DNA of 10,432 bases, taken from assembly GCA_041288045.1 (NCBI GenBank), contig JBGGMM010000109.1, positions 1 through 10,432 on the forward strand, read 5' to 3'. Origin of the DNA: Pseudobdellovibrionaceae bacterium. GTDB taxonomy: Bacteria > Bdellovibrionota > Bdellovibrionia > Bdellovibrionales > Bdellovibrionaceae. The notes under the pieces were generated by a model. It did no database searches and was not told the origin of the DNA. It worked only from the letters and a program-made list of their open reading frames with translations. The position numbers and the translations under genes are program-made. Within the stretch, counting starts at the first letter, position 1. Each line of letters starts with the position of its first letter. Shown piece after piece: positions 1 through 8,234 of the stretch.

Positions 1-1
1 T

Positions 2-94
2 TCAAAGACCAGGTCTTTGCTGGAACTCGAAGTCGATGAAGAGGTGATTCTAGCGCCCTTTATGTACAAAAAACAAACCCGGGAGCAAACATGA
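2..94 (+). CDS. 3' end of an upstream gene (partial), possibly arginine N-succinyltransferase AstA-like
   Basis: The frame from position 2 is open (SKTRSLLELEVDEEVILAPFMYKKQTREQT*) and ends at TGA 92-94, overlapping the next ATG at 91-93 (ATGA). The AstA identity is inferred only from adjacency to astD and loose resemblance to the AstA C-terminus. Confidence 0.5.
   Translation, partial: SKTRSLLELEVDEEVILAPFMYKKQTREQT
81..85 (+). promoter_or_regulatory. Shine-Dalgarno site for the astD-like gene
   Basis: GGGAG ending 5 nt before the ATG at 91. Confidence 0.7.
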
Positions 95-1593
95 GCTACG
101 CTGGTGATTTCATCAATGGTCAATTCATTCCTGTTCAAAAACCTGATGGGACTTTCAAAGATATTTCTCCGGCTGATTTGAATGATGTGGTTATGACGGT
201 TCCTTACAGCCACCAACATGTGGATGTGGCCATCGAAGCTGCTAAGAAAGCTTATCTGCCTTGGGCTCGATTGGGATTTGATGAAAGAAAGCGCTACTTG
301 CTTCGACTGAAAGAAACGATCGAATCAATGAAAGAAGAGCTGACTTTGGCAATCGCCCGAGACACTGGAAAGCCAAAATGGGAAAGTGCCACCGAAGTCA
401 CTGCTCTGACCTCCAAGATTGATATCACTTTGAATTTTTCAATGGATTTGGTGAAAGAAGAGCATCTTCCCAATGCACTTCCGCAAGTGGAGGGCGTGAT
501 CCGTCACAAGCCACGGGGAGTGATGGCGGTCATTGGGCCTTTTAATTTTCCTGCTCATCTTCCGAATGGACATATCATTCCGGCCCTGGCTGCCGGGAAC
601 ACAGTGGTGTTCAAACCGTCTGAGCAAACTCCTTATGTGGCTCAGCTCTACGCCAAATGTTTTGAAAGAGCCGAATTCCCAGCCGGTGTTTTCAATATGG
701 TGCAAGGGGATGCAGAGACAGGACGTAAAATTGTCATTCATGAAGCCATTGATGGCATTCTTTTTACTGGCTCCTATGAAGTCGGCTTGAAAATAAAAAC
801 AGAAACTCTCAATCATTACTGGAAAATTTTGGCTCTCGAAATGGGCGGAAAGAATGCCACCATTGTCTGGAATGACACTGACATTGATAAAGCCATTTAT
901 GAAACTTTGGTGGGTGCTTACATGACCTCTGGTCAAAGATGCGCTTGCACCAGTCGGGTGATCGTTCATCCAGAAATTGCTGAAAAATTCACCGAGCGTT
1001 TTTACCAGGCGGCGAAGAAGCTGACGATTGGACACTGGTCCGAAAATCCATTTATGGGTCCATTGATCAATGCGACGGCGGTTGAAAAATACATTCGTTT
1101 TCAGGAAATTGCCAATCGGGAAAATTGTGAAAGCTTGATGCGTGGGAAACAGCTCGATTTGAAACATAAGGGCTTTTACGTCACGCCCAGCATTCATTTG
1201 GTGAAAAAATTTGATCCGAATTCCGTTTATCAAAAAGCGGAAATTTTTGGACCCAATGTGGCGATTTATCAAAGCAAGGATTTTGATGAAGCTCTCCATA
1301 TCGTCAATTCGACTGGTTATGGATTGGTCATGGCTCTTTTCACCAAGAACAAAGCCCTTTATGAAAAAGCTCTGCTTGAAGCCCGAGTGGGTCTTTTGAA
1401 CTGGAACCGAACAACTAACGGAGCGAGCTCGCGATTGCCATTTGGTGGCATGGGCAAATCAGGCAATGATCGACCTTCTGCTCACTATGCGATTCAATAT
1501 TGCACAGTGCCCGTGGCGAGCCTTGAAGATCCAACGGGATTTGATTCGACGAAAATGCTTCCCGGAATTACTTTTGGAGCCGAACAAGCATGA
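91..1593 (+). CDS. astD: N-succinylglutamate 5-semialdehyde dehydrogenase-like aldehyde dehydrogenase (AstD subfamily)
   Basis: 500 aa ALDH with GPFNFPAHLPNGH..PAL.AGNTVVFKPSE, FTGS, catalytic Glu in LALEMGGKN, catalytic Cys in SGQRCAC, EIFGP, and an AstD-type C-terminus NWNR..NGASS..PFGG.G.SGN.RPSA.YA..YC..PVASLE. Confidence 0.85.
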   Translation: MSYAGDFINGQFIPVQKPDGTFKDISPADLNDVVMTVPYSHQHVDVAIEAAKKAYLPWARLGFDERKRYLLRLKETIESMKEELTLAIARDTGKPKWESATEVTALTSKIDITLNFSMDLVKEEHLPNALPQVEGVIRHKPRGVMAVIGPFNFPAHLPNGHIIPALAAGNTVVFKPSEQTPYVAQLYAKCFERAEFPAGVFNMVQGDAETGRKIVIHEAIDGILFTGSYEVGLKIKTETLNHYWKILALEMGGKNATIVWNDTDIDKAIYETLVGAYMTSGQRCACTSRVIVHPEIAEKFTERFYQAAKKLTIGHWSENPFMGPLINATAVEKYIRFQEIANRENCESLMRGKQLDLKHKGFYVTPSIHLVKKFDPNSVYQKAEIFGPNVAIYQSKDFDEALHIVNSTGYGLVMALFTKNKALYEKALLEARVGLLNWNRTTNGASSRLPFGGMGKSGNDRPSAHYAIQYCTVPVASLEDPTGFDSTKMLPGITFGAEQA

Positions 1594-2666
1594 TGAAGAA
1601 AACTTTGATCAGTTTTGCTAGCTTTTTGACAATCCTCATTTTGATTGGATCTTTCGTTGCCTTTCACTTCATCTATTCGAAGCCCAGTGGCAGTTCGGAA
1701 GAAGTCGTTTTTGAAGTCAGCCAAGGCAAAAGCTTCACTCGTGTGGCCACTGAGCTTGAAAACATGAGGTTGATTCAAAATGCGAAACTTTTTTCTTGGT
1801 ATGCGAGGTTTCGTGGTGAAGCAAAAAAAATGAAAGTCGGGGAGTATGCGCTCCGCAAAGACATGGCCCCAGCCGAAGTTCTGGCTGTCATCACCAGCGG
1901 AAAGAGCATCGGTCATCCTTTCACAGTGGCCGAAGGTTTGAATATTTACGAGATTGCTGAGCTCTATCAGACCCAGGGGTTTGGAACGCAGGAAGAGTTT
2001 TTGAAACTTTGCCTGGATAAGGACTTTGTCAAATTGATGTTGGGCGAAGAGCGCGACAGTCTTGAGGGCTATCTTTTTCCTGAAACTTATCAGCTCACCA
2101 AATTCACAACAACCAAAGAGCTTTTAGAAGCCATGGTGTTTCGCTTTCACGAAGCTTACAAGCAAGCCGAGAAGAACAACAAAATCCCAGGTTGGACCCG
2201 ACATCAGATCGTGACTTTGGCAAGCATCGTGGAAAAAGAGACAGGTGCGCCAGAAGAAAGACCACAGATCTCGTCAGTTTTTCATAACCGAATGCAAAAA
2301 GGGATGTTGCTGCAAACAGATCCCACGATCATTTATGGATTGGCAGACCTTGCGAAAAAGACAGTCTATAAAATCTCTAAGTCAGATATTCTCAAGCCAA
2401 CAAAATACAACACCTACGTCATCAAAGGATTGCCTCCAGGTCCGATCGGCAATCCCGGCCGAGAATCCCTGATGGCAGCCATGCAGCCAGCAAAAACCGA
2501 TTATTTGTATTTTGTTTCAAAGAACGACGGAACCCACGTCTTTTCACAAGACTACGAAGCACACTCAAAAGCCGTGCGCCGTTTGCAAATGAACCCCAAA
2601 GCTCGCGAAGGAAAAAGCTGGCGCGATCTGCAGAAGCGGCCGGCTTCGAATAAGCCTGGGACATGA
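1590..2666 (+). CDS. mltG: Endolytic peptidoglycan transglycosylase MltG (YceG family)
   Basis: 358 aa with an N-terminal TM anchor and YceG motifs EGYLFPETY, LASIVEKET (catalytic Glu), LQTDPT, YNTY...GLPPGPIGNPG, YLYFVS...G.H.FS. GGAG at 1576-1579; ATGA overlap with the astD stop. Confidence 0.93.
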   Translation: MMKKTLISFASFLTILILIGSFVAFHFIYSKPSGSSEEVVFEVSQGKSFTRVATELENMRLIQNAKLFSWYARFRGEAKKMKVGEYALRKDMAPAEVLAVITSGKSIGHPFTVAEGLNIYEIAELYQTQGFGTQEEFLKLCLDKDFVKLMLGEERDSLEGYLFPETYQLTKFTTTKELLEAMVFRFHEAYKQAEKNNKIPGWTRHQIVTLASIVEKETGAPEERPQISSVFHNRMQKGMLLQTDPTIIYGLADLAKKTVYKISKSDILKPTKYNTYVIKGLPPGPIGNPGRESLMAAMQPAKTDYLYFVSKNDGTHVFSQDYEAHSKAVRRLQMNPKAREGKSWRDLQKRPASNKPGT

Positions 2667-3061
2667 GCGCTCATCAATCAGTTCTTTTTTTTGACGGGAT
2701 ATGCGGACTGTGTAATGGATTCGTGGATTTCGTCATAGCAAATGAAAAAAGAAAAGAAATTCAATTCTCACCTTTGCAGAGTGAATTCGCAAAACGGCAT
2801 TTGCCGAAAGAGCTCACTGAAGATCTGAGCACCCTCGTTTTTCTTAAAAATGGAAAAATTCTGACCAAATCAGACGCCGTCCTTGCGGTCTGTGCAATGC
2901 TGGGGGTGCCATGGAAATTTGTGATTTGGCTTCAGGTTTTCCCCAAACCATTTCGAGATCTTTGTTATGACTTCATTGCACAGACTCGCTATCAAATTTT
3001 CGGCAAAAGAGAAACATGCCGTCTGCCCACAGCTGAAGAGAAATCACGTTTTCTTCTGTGA
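2663..3061 (+). CDS. DCC1-like (DUF393) thiol-disulfide oxidoreductase family protein
   Basis: 132 aa with N-terminal FFDGICGLCN (DxxCxxC), F.PLQS, and the family-typical C-terminal RD..YD.IA..RY.IFGK...C..P......RF. ATGA overlap with the mltG stop. Confidence 0.88.
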   Translation: MSAHQSVLFFDGICGLCNGFVDFVIANEKRKEIQFSPLQSEFAKRHLPKELTEDLSTLVFLKNGKILTKSDAVLAVCAMLGVPWKFVIWLQVFPKPFRDLCYDFIAQTRYQIFGKRETCRLPTAEEKSRFLL

Positions 3062-3065
3062 AAAT

Positions 3066-3560
3066 TCAAAGCTGGTAGGTCTCGGGCCCTAAGCGAATGA
3101 AATCTCTGGTGTCAGCGTCGTATTTATAAACATTCAATCGTGGCACCAAATTTTCATCAAAAGCGGGGACGACGATTTCAAGCTGTCCATCGCCGTCGAC
3201 ATCGGTGATAACCAGATTGGTGGCGCTTCCGCGGAAATTGAAATAGGCGTCTCTTTTTTCTGGAAGGACGATTCGCTTCACGAATTTCAATGTCTGGCTG
3301 TGGCCTTCAGTTTCATATATTTCCAAAGCCAGAGTGTCAGAGGTTTGTACTTTGATGACGGCAACGCGCATGCCTTGGCCCGTCAAGTCGGCCTCAGCTT
3401 TCGCTAAGATTTCTCTCGAGTGAGAGACAATCACGCTGCGAATAAATTCTCTTGAAGAGGGAATTGCCGTCAGCAGGGCCAGACACACAGAGATGAGACA
3501 CAGAGCCGGAAAACTGATCCAAAAGATTTTTTGCTTCTGAGGCTCCGTGAGTTGCGCCAT
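3066..3560 (-). CDS. Hypothetical single-pass membrane protein with one FG-GAP/VCBS-like DxDxDG motif
   Basis: 164 aa ORF filling the gap between two + strand genes. It has a hydrophobic N-terminal segment (IFWISFPALCLISVCLALLTAI) and an ITDVDGDGQLEIVV motif, and a candidate promoter lies directly upstream. Confidence 0.78.
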   Translation of the reverse strand: MAQLTEPQKQKIFWISFPALCLISVCLALLTAIPSSREFIRSVIVSHSREILAKAEADLTGQGMRVAVIKVQTSDTLALEIYETEGHSQTLKFVKRIVLPEKRDAYFNFRGSATNLVITDVDGDGQLEIVVPAFDENLVPRLNVYKYDADTRDFIRLGPETYQL

Positions 3561-3566
3561 ACTCCG

Positions 3567-3595
3567 ATGATATGAAGAAAGAAGAGTTTTATCAA
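3567..3595 (-). promoter_or_regulatory. Putative sigma70 promoter for the minus-strand 164 aa gene (predicted leaderless transcript)
   Basis: Minus strand reads TTGATA (3595-3590), 17-nt spacer, TATCAT (3572-3567), 6 nt, ATG (3560). Each box matches consensus at 5/6 positions. Confidence 0.6.
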
Positions 3596-4171
3596 CTGAT
3601 CGAGTCCCGCAAGTCCATCCGCAAATACAAACCAGACCTTCCTCCTCACGAGGTGATTGAAAGAATTTTGATGGCTGGAATGCATGCTCCCAGTGGCAAA
3701 AACCGCCAGAACTGGCGCTTCTTTGTGGTCACTGGAAAAAAGCGGGATGAGTATCTGCAGTACTCACAAAAGTCCTGGTTGGGGATCAAAGACATTCTTC
3801 AGCAGAGACTGAAGCCCTCGCTTTACCAATTCACCGAAAGATTCTTTTTCACTCTCGGTGAGGCTCCTGTTTTGATTTTCTGCTACTCCTACAACACTCC
3901 GGAAGAGCGCTATCACACCAGCATTGGCAGTGTGTACATGGCAGTTGAAAACATGAATCTCGCAGCTCTTGTCGAGGGACTCGGATCCTGCACCATGGGA
4001 GCGCCACTCGAGATCAAAGAGGATGTCGATCGATTTTTGGGAGTGACGGAGCTTCCCGAATACAAAGCTGGCCACTTGGAACTGCTATGCGGTTTGGTGC
4101 TGGGTTATCCTGATCATGAGCCGCCCAAAGCACCTCGGCAGCTCGAGGGCCGAGTGACTTGGCTCTCTTAA
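3572..4171 (+). CDS. Nitroreductase family FMN-dependent oxidoreductase
   Basis: 199 aa with FMN-binding motifs IESRKSIRKY, APSGKNRQNWRF, AP..I, A.ENM.LAA...GLGSC.MG, LGYP and a C-terminal Arg. Confidence 0.9.
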   Translation: MKKEEFYQLIESRKSIRKYKPDLPPHEVIERILMAGMHAPSGKNRQNWRFFVVTGKKRDEYLQYSQKSWLGIKDILQQRLKPSLYQFTERFFFTLGEAPVLIFCYSYNTPEERYHTSIGSVYMAVENMNLAALVEGLGSCTMGAPLEIKEDVDRFLGVTELPEYKAGHLELLCGLVLGYPDHEPPKAPRQLEGRVTWLS

Positions 4172-4337
4172 AGCCATGCGAACCATGAAAAAAAGACTGA
4201 GAAATGGCATCCTTGTTTGCTTGGTATCCAAAGGGCTAATCCCCGAGAATTCCTGACAAAAACTGGATGATTTTCAGTGTCAAATCATGTTAGGACCTGG
4301 TCTTTCGCTCGCTTCTTTTCATGAGTAGGTATTTGCT

Positions 4338-5354
4338 GTGGATCCAGTGCAGGCATTGAAACAAAATCCTTTCGTTCTCGCGCCTATGGCAGGGATCACG
4401 GATCACGCCTTTCGTACTTTCATGAAAGCCCGAAAAGCTGGAGTTGTCGTCACCGAGCTCATTTCTGCAACTGGTATCGAGTACAAATCCGACCGCACTT
4501 TGAAATTGATGAGCTTTGATGAGTCGCAAAGACCTGTCGGCATCCAATTATTTGGCGAAGATCCAGAGATCATGGCCAAATCTGCTCAATTCGCAGAGGA
4601 AAAGGGTGCTGATTTTATCGATCTCAATTTTGGTTGCCCTGTGCCGAAAGTCACAAAAAAGGGAGCAGGCTCTGCCATCCTCAAAGACCTGCCTCACATG
4701 ATCACGATGATTTCGACGATCAAAAAGGCAATTCGAATCCCCCTGACAATCAAAATTCGAACGGGTTGGGATCAGGGAACCCGCAATGCCGATGAGGTGG
4801 TGAAAATCGCATTCGATGAAGGGGTTAGCTGGGTGGCTATCCATGGACGCACTCGCGCTCAAGGTTATTCGGGGCTTGCCGATTGGGATTACATTGCTGA
4901 AGTGAAGAGCAAATCTAAAGTCCCTATTCTAGGAAACGGCGATATTCTCACTGCCGAACAAGCGGTCGAGAGGCTTCGGCAATCAGGATGTGACGGCGTG
5001 CTCATTGGCAGAGGCTGTTTGAAAAACCCCTATATTTTCGCAGATGCTCTGGCGCTTTGGCAGGGGGAGAATCTCGACTCGACTCTGGAGCGGGATTATG
5101 TCAATTTGTACCAACAGCTTCATGAAGTTCTGCTTGCTCACTGTGATGAGCGCATTCTGCAAATTCAGCTCAAAAAATTTGCGGCTTGGTTTGCGACTGG
5201 TTACCCAGGGTCGGCAGCGTTTCGGAAAAGCATTTTTCAGGCAAAGAACACAGAAGAAATTCTGGATTCCAGCTTGAATTTTTTTAATGGAATTCAAACC
5301 ATCCCTCAGGAAGACACTTCGAAAGATGCTTTCTTGATGGGTGGACACGGTTAA
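4338..5354 (+). CDS. dusB: tRNA-dihydrouridine synthase, DusB-like
   Basis: 338 aa, GTG start with AGGT at 4327-4330. Motifs LAPMAGITD..FR, QLFG, DLNFGCP (catalytic Cys), GAGSA, KIRTGWD, HGRTR.QGYSG.ADW, NGDI, IGRG...NP.IF. Confidence 0.92.
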   Translation: MDPVQALKQNPFVLAPMAGITDHAFRTFMKARKAGVVVTELISATGIEYKSDRTLKLMSFDESQRPVGIQLFGEDPEIMAKSAQFAEEKGADFIDLNFGCPVPKVTKKGAGSAILKDLPHMITMISTIKKAIRIPLTIKIRTGWDQGTRNADEVVKIAFDEGVSWVAIHGRTRAQGYSGLADWDYIAEVKSKSKVPILGNGDILTAEQAVERLRQSGCDGVLIGRGCLKNPYIFADALALWQGENLDSTLERDYVNLYQQLHEVLLAHCDERILQIQLKKFAAWFATGYPGSAAFRKSIFQAKNTEEILDSSLNFFNGIQTIPQEDTSKDAFLMGGHG

Positions 5355-5369
5355 TCACAAGGCGGAACA

Positions 5370-7193
5370 ATGGCTCAGGATCCTTCGAAAATTAGAAATA
5401 TCGCAATCATCGCGCACGTCGATCACGGCAAGACGACGCTCGTCGATCACTTGATCAAACAAGCAGGAACATTTCGTGAAAATGAACATGTGGCCGATCG
5501 TTTGATGGATTCAATGGATCTTGAAAAAGAACGTGGGATCACCATCGCCGCTAAGAATGCGTCTTTTCAGTACAAAGATTATAAAATCAATATCGTCGAC
5601 ACTCCCGGACACAGTGACTTTGGTGGTGAGGTCGAACGTGTTTTGAACATGGTGGATGGCGCGATTTTGCTCGTGGATGCTTCTGAAGGTCCATTGCCAC
5701 AGACTCGATTTGTCTTGAAAAAAGCTCTTGAGCAAAACATCAAGGTCATGGTCTGCATCAACAAAATCGACCGCGCCGATGCCCGCATTCAAGAAGTTCA
5801 TAACGAAGTCTTTGATCTTTTCATTGATTTGGATGCGACAGAAGAACAAGCAGATTTCACAACGATCTATGCGATTGCCCGAGAGGGAATGGCCACTTTG
5901 GATCCGGCAGTGAACACAGGCGATTTAAACTGCATGTATGAAAAAATCATCGAGCTCGTTCCACCGCCAAAAATCGAAGTGAATGCTCCGCTGCAGATTT
6001 TGGTTTCCAATCTTTCTTACAGCAGTTTCGTGGGTCGCTTGGCGATTGGCCGTGTGCGAGCCGGACAAATCAAAGTCGGGGACGAAGTTCTTTGCACTCT
6101 CGAAAAGGGCAATAAGAAGCTCAAAGTCAGCGCTCTTTTCCAGTACCACGTCAATCAACCTGTGCAAGTTCAAGAAATCGGTGCAGGAGATATCGCAATT
6201 GTCGCTGGAATGGAAGATTTCCAGATTGGTGACACCCTCACCTCAGTGACAGATCCAAAGCCGCTTCCCCGTATCCGAGTGGAAGAGCCGACAGTCGGTG
6301 TGATTTTCTCAGTCAATAACGGACCCTTCGCAGGTCGCGATGGGAAAAAAGTCACCAGCCGCCAAATCCTGGAGCGGCTCGAAAAAGAACTTCTTCACAA
6401 CGTGGCGATTCGTATGGAGCGTACCGATTCCAATGAAGCCTTCAAAGTCGTCGGCCGAGGCGAATTGCAACTAGGAGTTCTGGTTGAGCAAATGCGCCGC
6501 GAGGGCTTTGAGCTCTGCGTTTCCAAACCTCAGGTTATTTTCAAAAAAGAAAATGGCGTTTTATTAGAGCCATTTGAACATGCCATCATTGATATCGAAG
6601 ATGCCTTTGTGGGTGTGGTCACCGAGAAAATGGGAATTCGAAAAGGTGTCATGACCAACATGTCGACCAAAGGTTCTGGGCGAACTCGTCTTGAATTCAG
6701 AATTCCTTCACGCGGATTGATTGGTTATCGTTCTGAATTTTTGACCGACACTCGTGGAACCGGTCTTTTGAACACTCAATATGATGGCTACGACGAATAC
6801 CGTGGCGACATTACGGCTCGATCTAATGGTTCAATGATTTCGGATCGTCAAGGTGTGGCTGTTGCGTATGCGATTTGGAATCTGCAAGAGCGTGGTCGTA
6901 TGTTCGTGATTCCTCAAACTGAAGTTTATGACGGAATGATCGTGGGTGAGCACGCCAAGGAGAACGACCTGGCAGTGAACATCACTCGTGAAAAGAAACT
7001 GACAAACGTCCGCGCTTCTGGAAGTGACGAAGCGATTCGTCTGGTGCCTGTGAAACCAATGACCTTAGAGCAAGCTATGGAATGGATTTCAGACGAAGAG
7101 CTGATCGAAGTGACTCCGAATCACATTCGCCTGCGCTGCCGGGAACTGGATCCACATAAGCGTCGACGAAAGCCTTCTGCAGATAAAGAATAA
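5370..7193 (+). CDS. typA: Translational GTPase TypA/BipA
   Basis: 607 aa with [50 protein letters not shown], and the BipA C-terminal motifs [12 protein letters not shown] and EVTP..IRLR. Confidence 0.97.
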   Translation: MAQDPSKIRNIAIIAHVDHGKTTLVDHLIKQAGTFRENEHVADRLMDSMDLEKERGITIAAKNASFQYKDYKINIVDTPGHSDFGGEVERVLNMVDGAILLVDASEGPLPQTRFVLKKALEQNIKVMVCINKIDRADARIQEVHNEVFDLFIDLDATEEQADFTTIYAIAREGMATLDPAVNTGDLNCMYEKIIELVPPPKIEVNAPLQILVSNLSYSSFVGRLAIGRVRAGQIKVGDEVLCTLEKGNKKLKVSALFQYHVNQPVQVQEIGAGDIAIVAGMEDFQIGDTLTSVTDPKPLPRIRVEEPTVGVIFSVNNGPFAGRDGKKVTSRQILERLEKELLHNVAIRMERTDSNEAFKVVGRGELQLGVLVEQMRREGFELCVSKPQVIFKKENGVLLEPFEHAIIDIEDAFVGVVTEKMGIRKGVMTNMSTKGSGRTRLEFRIPSRGLIGYRSEFLTDTRGTGLLNTQYDGYDEYRGDITARSNGSMISDRQGVAVAYAIWNLQERGRMFVIPQTEVYDGMIVGEHAKENDLAVNITREKKLTNVRASGSDEAIRLVPVKPMTLEQAMEWISDEELIEVTPNHIRLRCRELDPHKRRRKPSADKE

Positions 7194-7201
7194 GCTTTGA
7201 A

Positions 7202-7245
7202 GCCGAGGATCGAGACCAAAGATCAGTCTGCCTCGGCCCTTTCTT
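7202..7245 (+). terminator. Possible imperfect hairpin/terminator after typA
   Basis: GCCGAGG (7202-7208) pairs with CCTCGGC (7231-7237), with inner AGAC/GTCT pairing, followed by CCTTTCTT. The U-tract is weak and the internal loop is large. Confidence 0.4.
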
Positions 7246-7272
7246 GAGAACTCTCTGCTTTTCAGTGAAAAT
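7244..7272 (+). promoter_or_regulatory. Candidate sigma70 promoter for the ABC exporter genes, overlapped by a palindrome
   Basis: TTGAGA (7244-7249), 17-nt spacer, GAAAAT (7267-7272). The palindrome TTTTCA-G-TGAAAA at 7259-7271 overlaps the spacer and -10 box. Confidence 0.38.
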
Positions 7273-7301
7273 AGAGCCTGACTCAAACAGTTAGGTGGCT
7301 C

Positions 7302-8234
7302 TTGCGAAAACTCATTGTCGAAGCTAAGGGGCTGACAAAAAAATTTGCTGACCAAGTGGTGGTGAAAGACGTTCATCTTGAAGTGTTTCAAGGGGAATGC
7401 TTTGGCATTTTAGGTCCCAATGGCGCCGGCAAATCCACTTTGATGCGGATGATGTATGGTTCAGCAACCACGAACGAAGGTGAGCTCTATGTCGTGGGTC
7501 TCAATGCCAAGACCAATATTCGCGAAATCAAAGCCCGCATCGGGGTTCTTCCGCAAGACGAAGCTTTAGACCGAGAATTCACAGTCCGCGAAAATTTGCA
7601 CCTTTATGGAAGCTACCATGGAGTGGACAGGGACGTTGCTGTCCATCGAACAGAAGATCTTTTGAAATTGATGAGGCTTGAGGATCTGGGCGATCAATTC
7701 GTCAATGTACTCAGCAGTGCCATGAAGCGAAGATTGGGGATGGCGCGGGCTATGATCAATCAGCCCGAGCTTCTACTTTTGGATGAACCAACTGCAGGCT
7801 TGGATCCTCAAGCACGCTTTTGGGTTTGGGATTTTCTGGAAAACGTCAAAACTGAAATGGGAACGGTTATATTAGGGACTCATTTCATGGAGGAAGCTGA
7901 AAAAATCTGTGATCGCATTGCCATTATGGACAGGGGACAGGTTCTTGCTGTCGGAGAACCGCAGGCTTTGATTCGCCAGCATATCGGCGTTCAGGTGGTT
8001 GAATTTCAAATCAGTAAGCATGAGCTTCAATACTATCTGGCACGGCTGAATGCTCAGCAGTTTCATTACCAAGTGATTGGTGATTCACAGATCAATGTGC
8101 ATCTCGAATCTTCCGAAACCGCACAAAAAGTGATTAGTATCGTTCAAAGCCAGAAAGCCACCATTCGTCAGCCCACTCTTTCAGATGTTTTTCTCAGACT
8201 GGCGGGTCATCATCTCAGGGATGAGCCCTTATGA
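7302..8234 (+). CDS. ABC transporter ATP-binding protein, NodI-like (ABC-2/DrrA-type exporter)
   Basis: 310 aa, TTG start with AGGT at 7293-7296. GECFG.LGPNGAGKST (Walker A), PQ (Q-loop), LSSAMKRRL (variant signature), LLLLDEPTAGLDPQAR (Walker B/D-loop), THFMEEAE..CDR (H-loop), C-terminal R.PTL.DVFLRL.G..LRD as in NodI-like proteins. Confidence 0.88.
   Translation: MRKLIVEAKGLTKKFADQVVVKDVHLEVFQGECFGILGPNGAGKSTLMRMMYGSATTNEGELYVVGLNAKTNIREIKARIGVLPQDEALDREFTVRENLHLYGSYHGVDRDVAVHRTEDLLKLMRLEDLGDQFVNVLSSAMKRRLGMARAMINQPELLLLDEPTAGLDPQARFWVWDFLENVKTEMGTVILGTHFMEEAEKICDRIAIMDRGQVLAVGEPQALIRQHIGVQVVEFQISKHELQYYLARLNAQQFHYQVIGDSQINVHLESSETAQKVISIVQSQKATIRQPTLSDVFLRLAGHHLRDEPL

Noticed and set aside
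439..1299. 286 aa minus-strand ORF
   Set aside because: Lies entirely antisense to the well-supported astD-like gene and has no recognisable motifs; consistent with a shadow ORF.
4278..4283. Perfect TTGACA on the minus strand in the nitroreductase-dusB gap
   Set aside because: No plausible -10 hexamer 16-18 nt downstream (TTTGTC at 17 nt).
4184..4323. MITE interpretation of the inverted-repeat-bounded intergenic segment
   Set aside because: Repeats are short, low-complexity and imperfect, with no target-site duplication and no second copy in the window.
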